Shown: piece after piece, positions 41,630-50,528 of the stretch | How the letters are laid out: each line of letters opens with the position of its first letter | Position numbering within the stretch: position 1 is the stretch's first letter | Origin: Candidatus Saccharibacteria bacterium RIFCSPHIGHO2_12_FULL_41_12 | GTDB lineage: Bacteria > Patescibacteriota > Saccharimonadia > Saccharimonadales > 2-12-FULL-41-12 | Direction of reading: 5' to 3' | Length of the DNA stretch: 64,000 bases | NCBI GenBank assembly: GCA_001790445.1 | Contig: MGCQ01000008.1 | Location: 26,676-90,675 of the forward strand | Notes under the pieces: generated by a model | What the model was told of the DNA's origin: nothing | The model's input: the letters and a program-made list of their open reading frames with translations, nothing else | The model's database searches: none | Made by a program: the position numbers and the translations under genes

Positions 41630-41866
41630 ATGAGTTATGATTATACAATTACTTCAAAGGGACAGATTACTTTACCCAAAAAACTGAGAGATACGGTAGG
41701 GCTTAAGACAGGTAGTCATGCGAATATTTCCTTGCTAGATAATAGAACAATTATTATTAGGGCTCCTCTGGGCATTGAAGAAATTCGTAAAAAGATTGGT
41801 GCTCCGGCTAACGATCAACCTCTGACAAAAAAAGAAAGCTCCAGATTAAAAGCAAGAGGTCTTTAG
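41630..41866 (+). CDS. AbrB/SpoVT-domain antitoxin (VapB/MazE-like)
   Basis: ITSKGQITLPKKLRDTVGLKTG swapped-hairpin motif, immediately upstream of a PIN-domain gene. Confidence 0.75.
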   Translation: MSYDYTITSKGQITLPKKLRDTVGLKTGSHANISLLDNRTIIIRAPLGIEEIRKKIGAPANDQPLTKKESSRLKARGL

Positions 41867-41872
41867 CCAAAA

Positions 41873-42247
41873 ATGACGATAATCGATGCGAATTACATAT
41901 TGAGATGGTTTTTGAATGACGATGTGGATCAAGCAACTTTTGTGAGAGATTTGATTATCAATTCTGGCTCCAAGACGCTACTTGTAGATAGAATCACGAT
42001 TGCCGAGGTGACATATGTGCTTAGGTCAATGAAGTATAATCATCAACAGATATATGAACTTTTTGAAGAACTTTGTTATTACCCAAGCTTATTGCCCCTA
42101 GGGGAGATAGAGGGTATGGCACTAGATATTTACAGAGATACAAATCTGGACTTTGAAGATGCAACACTGGTTGCAAATGCGAAGATAAACAATTATAAAT
42201 TGGGCACTTTTGACAAAAAAATGATTAATTTGCTGAAGAGTTTATAG
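41873..42247 (+). CDS. PIN-domain ribonuclease toxin (VapC-like)
   Basis: IIDANYILRWF (first acidic residue) ... EVTYVL ... FEDATLVANA pattern. 124 aa. Confidence 0.7.
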   Translation: MTIIDANYILRWFLNDDVDQATFVRDLIINSGSKTLLVDRITIAEVTYVLRSMKYNHQQIYELFEELCYYPSLLPLGEIEGMALDIYRDTNLDFEDATLVANAKINNYKLGTFDKKMINLLKSL

Positions 42248-42251
42248 ATCT

Positions 42252-43433
42252 ATGATATTGCATGCACACACACTTTATAAAATGTCGATGGGCAAGGATG
42301 ATCTCGATGAGATGTATGTGTCGGCTTCTCTGAGGTCATTTGCTATCGGTCTGGTAGGCATATTTATCCCAATTTTTTTGTATAAACAAGGCTGGTCGTT
42401 AACAAATATCTTGTTCTTTTTTATGTTATTTTTTATGTATAGTTTGCTGGCGGGCAAGTACTTCGGTGAATATGCTACCAAAAATGGTGCGAAACACTTG
42501 ATGGCGCTGTCATTTGCCTTCAGCTTTGCTGCTTTGGCGTTTCTGAGTATCGACCAGTCAATTTTGACTGTCTTTTGTATTGTGGCGCCACTTTATGCAG
42601 CGGCAGAGTCAGCATATTGGTTGAGCAATCATATTATTTTGACAGAGACAAAAGAGTCTGGGCACGTCGGGAGAGCCGTTGCAAAATATAATATTCTTGT
42701 TGGCCTATTTTCTGCACTTGGACCATTTATTGGCGGAATTATAGGTGAAAAATTTGGATTGAGAGTGGCATTTATGCTTAGTCTAGTAGTTTTATTGGTG
42801 GCTCTGCGACCACTTTTTATGTTGAGAGAAGAGATAAATCCGGGTACTTTTGATCTGAAGAAACTAGAACAGGACAAAGGTCTGATCCATGATATGGGTG
42901 TTTTGGGCATAGGTGGGATCGCCAATGCAGCAGCGATAGTGTTTTGGCCACTGTTTATTTATAGCAGAACAGGCGGTTTGCTAAAGACCGGTTTGATCGT
43001 TGCTGCGTCTTTGAGTGTCACAACATTGGCCTGTTGGCTGGCGGGACAATTGAGCGATAACAAAAAAGGCAGAAAAGTACGTAAAATAGGTTCACTGCTC
43101 TGGGCTATTTCATCTATATCTATGGTTTTGAGTCCGAGTATTATTATTTTAGGGGCAGCTAACATGTTGGCCTATGTCAGCCAAATGTTATCCATTGTAC
43201 CAAGAAGTGCGACTATGATATCTCATTCTTTTAAAGAGTACAGGGCTGAATACATGACAGTTTTGTTCATATCTCTCCAATTTTTTAAGGTTTTGTTTAT
43301 GGTTATTATGGTATTTGTCAGTCAGCAATTTGGTGACAAACAGGTTCTTAACATCGGTGTTGTCTTTGGTGGGGTAATGTCGCTTGCTTATTTGTATAGC
43401 TTTTCTCGCAAGCGAGATGTTAAAATAAGTTAA
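42252..43433 (+). CDS. MFS-type transporter (putative)
   Basis: 393 aa with ~11-12 predicted TM helices in two halves. No substrate assignment is possible. Confidence 0.5.
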   Translation: MILHAHTLYKMSMGKDDLDEMYVSASLRSFAIGLVGIFIPIFLYKQGWSLTNILFFFMLFFMYSLLAGKYFGEYATKNGAKHLMALSFAFSFAALAFLSIDQSILTVFCIVAPLYAAAESAYWLSNHIILTETKESGHVGRAVAKYNILVGLFSALGPFIGGIIGEKFGLRVAFMLSLVVLLVALRPLFMLREEINPGTFDLKKLEQDKGLIHDMGVLGIGGIANAAAIVFWPLFIYSRTGGLLKTGLIVAASLSVTTLACWLAGQLSDNKKGRKVRKIGSLLWAISSISMVLSPSIIILGAANMLAYVSQMLSIVPRSATMISHSFKEYRAEYMTVLFISLQFFKVLFMVIMVFVSQQFGDKQVLNIGVVFGGVMSLAYLYSFSRKRDVKIS

Positions 43434-43451
43434 CTGTAAAGAGGAGCCCAA

Positions 43452-44480
43452 ATGCTTGATGATCAGAATTTTATCAGTAAGTCCGACAAGAGTGATGCAC
43501 TGGGGCTCGCTAGCCAAAATGCCAAACAACTAGCGTATGAGTACAATTTGGCAAAAATTTGTGAAAGTTCCGACATAGACAATATTGTGGTCAGCGGTAT
43601 GGGCGGATCAGCTTTGGGTCCATCATTCGTCAAACCTTGGTTATCTCTTGAACTTCCGTATGAAATTGTTAAAGACTATGACTTACCTGAATATGTGGGT
43701 GAAAGAACTTTGGTAATTGTTTCAAGTTTTTCTGGTAATACAGAGGAGACGCTGTCTTGTCTTGATCAGGCAGAGGCTAGGCAGGCAAAGATAGTTTGTA
43801 TAGCTGGTGGGGGCCAGTTAAAACAAAGAGCAGAGCAAGCTGGGCACACATTTATACAATTGCCAGATTGCCCACAGCCAAGGTTTGCGGCTTTTTACAG
43901 CTTTAAAGCGGTCGTGACTGTTTTAGTTGCGTCTGGAGTGGTTGCTAGTGAGAGACTTGATGAGATGTCCAGTGCGAGTTCATTTTTGGTGGAACAGACT
44001 AAAAAAATTACCAAAGATGTCCCCACTGCAGAAAATCCGGCCAAAAAGTTAGCACTAGAAATTATGGGTAAAAGCCCAGTTATTTATTCTGGATCACTCC
44101 TCGTAGCAGCAGCTTATAAGTGGAAAATTAGTTTTAATGAAAATGCTAAAAATGTAGCATGGCGTGGTGTGTACCCAGAGTTTAATCACAATGAATTTGT
44201 TGGCTGGACAAGCCACCCAAATGATAAACCGTACGCAGTAATTGATTTGAGATCTAGTTTTGACCACCCACAGGTGGCAAAACGCTTTGAAATATCGGAC
44301 CGCTTGCTATCTGGGCAAAGACCAAAGGCGCAGACTGTTAACGCCGTTGGGAGCACAGAGCTTGAGCAACTTGTTTGGACGATCACTTTTGGAGATTTTG
44401 TGACTTTGTACGTGGCTATTTTGAACGAAGTCGACCCCACCCCTGTTGACTTGGTTGAGCGACTAAAGAAAGAGCTCTAA
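43452..44480 (+). CDS. bifunctional phosphoglucose/phosphomannose isomerase (SIS domain family)
   Basis: SGMGGSALG and VSSFSGNTEETL SIS motifs, and a C-terminal region typical of the archaeal/bacterial PGI-PMI family. Confidence 0.7.
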   Translation: MLDDQNFISKSDKSDALGLASQNAKQLAYEYNLAKICESSDIDNIVVSGMGGSALGPSFVKPWLSLELPYEIVKDYDLPEYVGERTLVIVSSFSGNTEETLSCLDQAEARQAKIVCIAGGGQLKQRAEQAGHTFIQLPDCPQPRFAAFYSFKAVVTVLVASGVVASERLDEMSSASSFLVEQTKKITKDVPTAENPAKKLALEIMGKSPVIYSGSLLVAAAYKWKISFNENAKNVAWRGVYPEFNHNEFVGWTSHPNDKPYAVIDLRSSFDHPQVAKRFEISDRLLSGQRPKAQTVNAVGSTELEQLVWTITFGDFVTLYVAILNEVDPTPVDLVERLKKEL

Positions 44481-44492
44481 GGGAGTTTGCGC

Positions 44493-45149
44493 ATGTTTCT
44501 TGGAAAAAAATACCAAGAAACCTTCACGGTGCTGTTAATACCTGCATTTGTGGCTATTTCTTTGTTAGTTGTCAGAATAGCTGCGACCGACAGTACTCGT
44601 TATTTATTTTTGGTCTGGAATTTGCTACTTGGATTTATACCGTTGCTGATTTTAGTTTTGCTCCGGATATATTTAAAAACCAAACTTTGGCGGAGTGTGG
44701 GTGGCCTGTTGTTGACTTTTGCATTTGTAGCTTTTTTGCCGAATTCATTTTATATCATGACAGACTATACCCATTTGCGAGGAGCCAGTGAAGTCAACGT
44801 CAACTATGATATTTTGATGATTAATGCTTTTGTCTTTGCTGGGTTGCTGTGGGGATATTGTGCGACATTAGAATTTCACAAAGAGTTGAGAAAGAGATTG
44901 CCTGAAATTCAGGCGTTGATAATAATGGGGGCAATATTTTTGGCGTCGAGCTTTGCAATTTATTTAGGACGATTTGTCAGATGGAATAGTTGGGACATTT
45001 TAGTTCAACCTGCTGCAATAATTTTTGACGTGAGTGAGCAGGTGATTAATCCAAATATGCACTCCAACGCCTATTTGTATACTTCAGCATTTTTTATTGT
45101 ATTATTTTCTTTGCACTATACTTTGTGGCGTTTACTGCGTAAGCGGTAA
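44493..45149 (+). CDS. DUF1361-like integral membrane protein
   Basis: About 6 TM helices and an FLVWNLLLGFIPL-type motif. ATG 44493 is preferred to TTG 44487. Confidence 0.4.
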   Translation: MFLGKKYQETFTVLLIPAFVAISLLVVRIAATDSTRYLFLVWNLLLGFIPLLILVLLRIYLKTKLWRSVGGLLLTFAFVAFLPNSFYIMTDYTHLRGASEVNVNYDILMINAFVFAGLLWGYCATLEFHKELRKRLPEIQALIIMGAIFLASSFAIYLGRFVRWNSWDILVQPAAIIFDVSEQVINPNMHSNAYLYTSAFFIVLFSLHYTLWRLLRKR

Positions 45150-45179
45150 TATCCTGGGGAATGATATAATTACTTGAGT

Positions 45180-46868
45180 ATGAAAGAAGAGGTTTTTGCT
45201 CAGATTAGTTTAATTATCAAGGATATTTATTCTGATTTGGGTGATTGCGAGGTAGAACTCAGTCAACCAGAAGAGAAATTTGGTGACTTCTCGTGTAATA
45301 TCGCAATGAAAATAGCTAAGAAAAGCGGGGGTAATCCTCGAGAAATTGCTGATAAAGTAGCTCACGCTGTGAATAGTTCGGGGCATGGATTGGTTGCTAG
45401 TGTTGCTGGACCAGGATTTATTAATTTGAGTATAGCGGACGGCAAATTGATTGGTTGGATCAACAAACCGCTGGTTGCACCAAAAATTTATTCAAACCAG
45501 AAAGTCATTGTTGAATATTCTGATCCAAACCCGTTCAAGCCACTTCATGCTGGGCATCTGTACACAACACTAGTCGGTGATAGTATTTCTAGAATTGTAG
45601 AGTATGCTGGAGCAGAAGTTATCAGAATTAATTACAGTGGCGACGTTGGGTTGCATGTAGCCAAGAGCATGTGGGCAATTATTAAGAATCTAGGTGGCGA
45701 AAGCTTTAGTAAATTGGCAGTTACGGCAGGAGAAAACCAAACGTCGTGGCTTGGCGACAGATATATAGAGGGCAGTAGCGCATATGAAGATGATGAACAG
45801 GCAAAAACTGAGATAATTGCAATCAACAAAAAAGTTTATGCTTTGCATGAAAATAACGATACCACCTCTGAATTTGCTCAGATTTATTGGCAGTGTAGAG
45901 AGTGGAGTTATGAATATTTTAAGTCTTTATATGAACGGCTTGGGACTGCACCTTTCGATAGGTTTATTACTGAAAGTGAAGTTACTAAACTCGGGCTTGA
46001 TACTGTGAAAGAGCAAGAAAAAAAAGGTGTATATCAAGAAAGCGATCAAGCCATAATCTATAAGGCAGAAGAAGTTGGGCTGCACACTCGTGTTTTTATT
46101 AATTCTGCAGGATTACCAACGTACGAAGCCAAAGAAGTTGGGCTTGTGCTAACTAAATGGCGAGATTATCACTACGACAGATCAATAATAATAACTGCAA
46201 ACGAGCAAGAACAATATATGCAGGTAGTGCTTGCTAGTGTCAAACAATTTGCAGCCGAGCCGGTGCAGCGGACAAATCATCTGACACACGGGATGGTAAA
46301 ATTAGCTGGCGGTCAGAAAATGAGCAGCAGAAAAGGGAACATTCTGAGCGCCGTAGATGTTATTGATACGGCTGAAGCTGTCAGCAGAGACAAATTTAAT
46401 AATGAAGACGTCGATATTGCAGTTGGTTCAATTAAGTATTCATTTGCAAAACAAAGGATCGGGGGCGACATAATTTATGACCCAATATCATCAGTTAACA
46501 TACATGGGGATAGCGGACCGTACTTACAATACGCTCTAGTTAGGGCAAAAAGCATTCTCAAAAATAATGACGAAAGTGCTAAATTAGACCCTGACGATGT
46601 CCAAAATCTTGACGCTTCTGAACGAAGTATTTGCCGAAAAATGCAGTATTTTGACGACATAGTGTCAATTTCTGCCAAAGAGTTTGCCCCAAATATTATA
46701 ACTACATATGCATATGAACTAGCAAAAAGCTTTAATAAGTTTTATGAGAGCAGTCAGGTTGTAAATAACGACAGAACAAACATAAGAATTATTATTGTAA
46801 AAAAGTACACAAGCATTTTGCAGCAATGTCTGGATTTGATTGGCTTAAAAATCTTTGAGGAGATGTAG
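45180..46868 (+). CDS. argS: arginine--tRNA ligase
   Basis: EYSDPNPFKPLHAGHL (HIGH region), MSSRKGN (KMSK-equivalent), and a C-terminal anticodon-binding DALR-type region. ATG 45180 is preferred to TTG 45174. Confidence 0.9.
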   Translation: MKEEVFAQISLIIKDIYSDLGDCEVELSQPEEKFGDFSCNIAMKIAKKSGGNPREIADKVAHAVNSSGHGLVASVAGPGFINLSIADGKLIGWINKPLVAPKIYSNQKVIVEYSDPNPFKPLHAGHLYTTLVGDSISRIVEYAGAEVIRINYSGDVGLHVAKSMWAIIKNLGGESFSKLAVTAGENQTSWLGDRYIEGSSAYEDDEQAKTEIIAINKKVYALHENNDTTSEFAQIYWQCREWSYEYFKSLYERLGTAPFDRFITESEVTKLGLDTVKEQEKKGVYQESDQAIIYKAEEVGLHTRVFINSAGLPTYEAKEVGLVLTKWRDYHYDRSIIITANEQEQYMQVVLASVKQFAAEPVQRTNHLTHGMVKLAGGQKMSSRKGNILSAVDVIDTAEAVSRDKFNNEDVDIAVGSIKYSFAKQRIGGDIIYDPISSVNIHGDSGPYLQYALVRAKSILKNNDESAKLDPDDVQNLDASERSICRKMQYFDDIVSISAKEFAPNIITTYAYELAKSFNKFYESSQVVNNDRTNIRIIIVKKYTSILQQCLDLIGLKIFEEM

Positions 46869-47516
46869 ATGAGGCAAGCAATTGTCTTTGATTTTGACGG
46901 AACTATAGCCGATACAGTCCCTTTAATGCTCGATATCTACCATATTAAGGCAGAGTCAAAAGGTTGGCCCGTTATAACTCCTACAACACTCAATAAACTT
47001 AAAAATCACACCTTAAAATACGCGATGAAGTGGTCTGGCATCAAATTTTGGCAAATTCCTGGTTTGCTAAGGCAAGGTAGAAAATATATTGGACTACGAG
47101 CAGATGAGATAAAGTTATTTAAAGGAATGGACAAACTCATAGTAAATTTGTCGAAAAACAATAGATTAGACATATATGTTCTTAGCAATAATTCCAGTGA
47201 CACAATAGAAATAGTTTTGAATAAATATGGTGTATACAACTTGGTCAACGTGCTCCCAAGATCATCATTTTTTGGAAAAGCAAAACTACTCAATAAACTT
47301 ATAAAAACGAACAAATATTTTAATTCTGACGTTATTATGGTTGGTGATGAGACCCGCGATATTGAAGCTGCAAGGAAAGTTGGAGTAAATATCGTTGCAG
47401 TTAGTTGGGGGTTGCAGAGTTTTGATGTGCTGGAAAAATCGGGTGCAGAAAATATTTGTACAAACGTAAATGAACTCACTAAGTTGCTAAAAACCAAGTG
47501 GAATTTGCTTGATTAG
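46869..47516 (+). CDS. HAD-superfamily hydrolase (phosphoglycolate phosphatase-like)
   Basis: Motif I AIVFDFDGTIADT, motif II VLSNN, and motif IV VGDETRDIEAA. Confidence 0.75.
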   Translation: MRQAIVFDFDGTIADTVPLMLDIYHIKAESKGWPVITPTTLNKLKNHTLKYAMKWSGIKFWQIPGLLRQGRKYIGLRADEIKLFKGMDKLIVNLSKNNRLDIYVLSNNSSDTIEIVLNKYGVYNLVNVLPRSSFFGKAKLLNKLIKTNKYFNSDVIMVGDETRDIEAARKVGVNIVAVSWGLQSFDVLEKSGAENICTNVNELTKLLKTKWNLLD

Positions 47517-48220
47517 TAGTTTGGTGCTGGCGGCAGTCCTGAGTATTCTTCGAAAGTTTTACCTGATGCATATATTGCTTTGGCAGTTTCTATTCCGACG
47601 TAACGTAGATGCCATGGTTCATATTGATAACCTGTGATATCTGTTTTGCCATTTGGGTACCGAACAATGAACCCATAATTTTGTACATTTGCCTTGATCC
47701 ACAGCCCACCAGTGGTATTTTCAAAGCATACTTCAAGATCACAAGAGCCATTTGTGTTGCCTAGGTCTATGGCCAGCCCTGTTTGGTGTTCGCTATACCC
47801 TGGACGAGCGCTATACATGTCAGCTGCTGCCTGACCGTCTCGTTTGACATAACTATTGTAAAGAGTTGCTTGTGACGATTGAGAGCGATAGCCACTAATA
47901 ATCTTTAGATTAACGTTGCTGGAATTTGCTCCGGATATCAGGCTATCAAGATTCTTTTTTGCTTCCGAGCGTAACGGTCCCATAAGATCAGTGGGAGCAT
48001 ACCCATCTGGCAGTGGTCTTTTTTTGTTAACAACAACAAGGATATTATTTGGATCGCCAATAGCAACTTTGGAGGTGGGTTGGGGGACGACTTTGGCAGT
48101 AGGTTTTTGGGCTGGTGGCTTACTGTATTTTGGGGTACGGTCGATGTTGATACCGACTAGGCTGACAAGTAGGGCTAAAAAAATTAATATATACATAGCT
48201 TTCTTCTTTGCATCCGACAC
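47513..48220 (-). CDS. D-alanyl-D-alanine carboxypeptidase, VanY/M15B family, membrane-anchored
   Basis: SGYRSQSSQ...SEHQTGLAIDL...EPWHLRYVG zinc-peptidase motifs and an N-terminal TM. Confidence 0.8.
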   Translation of the reverse strand: MSDAKKKAMYILIFLALLVSLVGINIDRTPKYSKPPAQKPTAKVVPQPTSKVAIGDPNNILVVVNKKRPLPDGYAPTDLMGPLRSEAKKNLDSLISGANSSNVNLKIISGYRSQSSQATLYNSYVKRDGQAAADMYSARPGYSEHQTGLAIDLGNTNGSCDLEVCFENTTGGLWIKANVQNYGFIVRYPNGKTDITGYQYEPWHLRYVGIETAKAIYASGKTFEEYSGLPPAPNY

Positions 48221-48234
48221 TCTATAATTATACT

Positions 48235-48804
48235 ATGACAGAAATAGATTATAAGAGTTTACCAAATCCGACCAAACTCCTCTGGGTTGATTTGGAGATG
48301 ACGGGGATAGATGTGAGTAGGGACAGAATTTTAGAGGTAGCTTGCGAGGTGACAGACTTTGATTTCAAAACTTTAGCAAGTTATGAAGCTGTGATACGGC
48401 AGCCAAGCGCTGTGCTCGGCTCAATGAATGATTGGTCGAAAAAACACCACAAAATTAGTGGACTTATAGACAGAATAGAGAAAAGTGGCAGACCAGAAAA
48501 AGAAGTAATCCATGAATTAGTTGGTTTTATTACAGCTCAATTTGGCACAGAACCTGCAATTTTGGCAGGAAATTCTATTCATAATGATAGGAATTTTATT
48601 AAGCAGTGGTGGCCAGAGGTAGAAGCATTGTTGCATTATAGAATGTGTGACGTTAGTAGTTTGAAAATTATTATGAACTGTAAATACGATACTGTTTTCA
48701 AGAAAAAAGAAGTTCATCGGGCTTTCGATGATATTCAGGCGAGCATTGCTGAGCTGCAATATTATCTGGATTTTTTACGAAATGATGAATCACAAAAAAA
48801 TTGA
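48235..48804 (+). CDS. orn: oligoribonuclease
   Basis: LLWVDLEMTGID (Exo I), SIHNDRNFI (Exo II/III region), and HRAFDDIQASIAELQYY. ATG 48235 is chosen because the track start at 48208 overlaps the divergent gene's start. Confidence 0.85.
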   Translation: MTEIDYKSLPNPTKLLWVDLEMTGIDVSRDRILEVACEVTDFDFKTLASYEAVIRQPSAVLGSMNDWSKKHHKISGLIDRIEKSGRPEKEVIHELVGFITAQFGTEPAILAGNSIHNDRNFIKQWWPEVEALLHYRMCDVSSLKIIMNCKYDTVFKKKEVHRAFDDIQASIAELQYYLDFLRNDESQKN

Positions 48805-49105
48805 AGAATATTTACTGTCTATGCCAAATGCACGGCTCGACTATCCGTTTGGCAAAGAAGTAGCAGTCTATAAAATTGACGAGAAAATGTTTGCTTTGAT
48901 AGCAGAAGGTTCTGATCCAGTCAGACTCAGCCTCAAATGTGACCCAAAGTTAGCCTTGGCGTTGAGAGAAAAATACGAATCAGTCATGCCTGGATACCAC
49001 CTTAATAAAAAACATTGGAACACCCTAGTAGTTAGTGGGCAATTATCAGATCAGGAAATTAAAGATCTAATATTCCACAGCTATCAACTGGTTACCAAAA
49101 GCTAG
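48782..49105 (+). CDS. MmcQ/YjbR family DNA-binding protein
   Basis: MMNHKKIEEYLLSMPNARLDYPFGKEVAVYKIDEKMFALI...LKCDP...HLNKKHWNTLV family pattern. The start is set at the in-frame MM at 48782. Confidence 0.7.
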   Translation: MMNHKKIEEYLLSMPNARLDYPFGKEVAVYKIDEKMFALIAEGSDPVRLSLKCDPKLALALREKYESVMPGYHLNKKHWNTLVVSGQLSDQEIKDLIFHSYQLVTKS

Positions 49106-49157
49106 CAAGAGGGTGAGTTGACTCATTATATGGATACGTTTATAGTGATTTTAGATG

Positions 49158-49322
49158 TACTCGACTTACGCAAAATCTCCACACTCTCAAACTCTCCAGA
49201 TGAGCCTAGAACTCCTTTTTCTGATGTCACCACACCTACGGGTGTGCTTCCACCAGAGAAAAGAACTTCTAAATCTCCTCTGGAAGATTCTGGAGAATGC
49301 GGAGATTTGCGTAAGTCGAGTA
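49158..49322. repeat. 165-bp long-hairpin repeat, copy 2
   Basis: About 96% identical to 6905-7069. All differences fall in the 5' arm or apex (an extra a at gcaaaatc, gagcctagaactcc versus gagtccagaacccc, and ctacgggtg versus ctaccaggtg). The 3' arm is identical. Confidence 0.85.
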
Positions 49323-49580
49323 TAATTAATATGAAAAGGAAACAAAAATGAATGATGACCAAGAAGATATAACTGAAGAACAACGACTTCAGCAAGCCCA
49401 GAATGCAGGGACATCTTCGAGCGCTCCAGCTGGCGGTCAAGCGAGTTTTAGTACGAGGCAAACAAAACTAACAAAAAGTATGCCAAAAAGGCTTCAAAAT
49501 TAGAGTCAAAAATTAATAACTTAAGCTCTCCAAAATCCGAGTCTGATAAACTGCAAGGTCTTCAGAATAGGATCAACGCA

Positions 49581-49886
49581 GTGACAGTGGCTAGTTTGAA
49601 CAGTAGTCCACAAGCAGCTACTGCTGGAAAAGCAGATCTTGCTGCAGTTGTTAAAGAAGCAGCTTCAATTGGCAAGACAGCCAAGTCACAGGCCAAGCCG
49701 ATAGATAGTTTATATAAAACTATTAAAAAAGTATTTAAAAATAGTAAAAGTAAGTTATCAAAGGCGACTATTCCTACAGAAGAAGAAGTTATTACTGAAC
49801 CAGAAGATGATATCCTTGAGCCAGAGACTGGAGAAGAGGATCTCGCTGACGACCCTGAATGTGTTCCACCCTATTGTTATCAGTAA
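49581..49886 (+). CDS. hypothetical Lys/Glu-rich protein, possibly the downstream part of a frameshifted gene starting at 49348
   Basis: GTG-initiated track ORF. Its frame stays open upstream to 49452 without a start codon, and an ATG ORF (49348-49503) in another frame overlaps that stretch. Confidence 0.3.
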   Translation: MTVASLNSSPQAATAGKADLAAVVKEAASIGKTAKSQAKPIDSLYKTIKKVFKNSKSKLSKATIPTEEEVITEPEDDILEPETGEEDLADDPECVPPYCYQ

Positions 49887-49899
49887 TTAAGGCAACTCC

Positions 49900-50511
49900 C
49901 TATTTTGTAGAAGTTAAGGCCTCAATACCTTCATAGATAGGTTTTAAAGAGGCTTTTTCTTTCTTGTTGCCAGCGTCGTAAGCTTTTTTAACAAGAGTTT
50001 GATAATTAGTTAGCTTTTTATCTAGAATTTCACGATACATCTCATGGTACTTGTTGTTTTTAGAGGCTTTTTCAAGAGATATGTCGACAGATGCATCCTT
50101 AGAAGTAGCAAGTTCTTTAGGGTTGATCTTTTTAACCCCGCGAGCTTTTAGCATAGTTGTTACTTCACTTTGCGAAGATAGAGTTGCTACCTTTGTGTTC
50201 AGAGCCAGATATTTAGTTGGTTCACCTGCGGATTTATTGTTTTCAGGTAGTGAGGCGATACGTATAATTTCTGTCTGGGCTTTAGCTATTTCAGTTAGAT
50301 TAGACTTTTGTGAGTTACCCCCACTACTTATAACAAGATTTAAAAGAACAGCGACAACGATAATTATTACTGCACTAAATAGGGCAAACAAAATTAGCTT
50401 TTTTGGATTACCTTTAAGATCAATAGGCGCTTTTTTAGGCTTTTCAGGGTTCAAAATAAAGTTGTAGGGGCTGTTGTCTGGTTGCATAAGCATTATGATA
50501 ACATGCGTCAC
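49900..50511 (-). CDS. hypothetical membrane-anchored protein
   Basis: 203-aa ORF with a single N-terminal TM (LILFALFSAVIIIVVAVLLNLVI) and a helical Lys-rich ectodomain. Confidence 0.5.
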   Translation of the reverse strand: MTHVIIMLMQPDNSPYNFILNPEKPKKAPIDLKGNPKKLILFALFSAVIIIVVAVLLNLVISSGGNSQKSNLTEIAKAQTEIIRIASLPENNKSAGEPTKYLALNTKVATLSSQSEVTTMLKARGVKKINPKELATSKDASVDISLEKASKNNKYHEMYREILDKKLTNYQTLVKKAYDAGNKKEKASLKPIYEGIEALTSTK

Positions 50512-50528
50512 TGGACTAAAATATATGC

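Noticed and set aside
49118-49461. Three overlapping ORFs (49118-49351 plus, 49126-49461 minus, 49187-49414 minus) spanning the 165-bp hairpin element.
   Set aside because: They are produced on both strands by the palindromic repeat, and the same sequence at 6905-7069 is not in any ORF. They lack ribosome-binding sites and have low-complexity composition.
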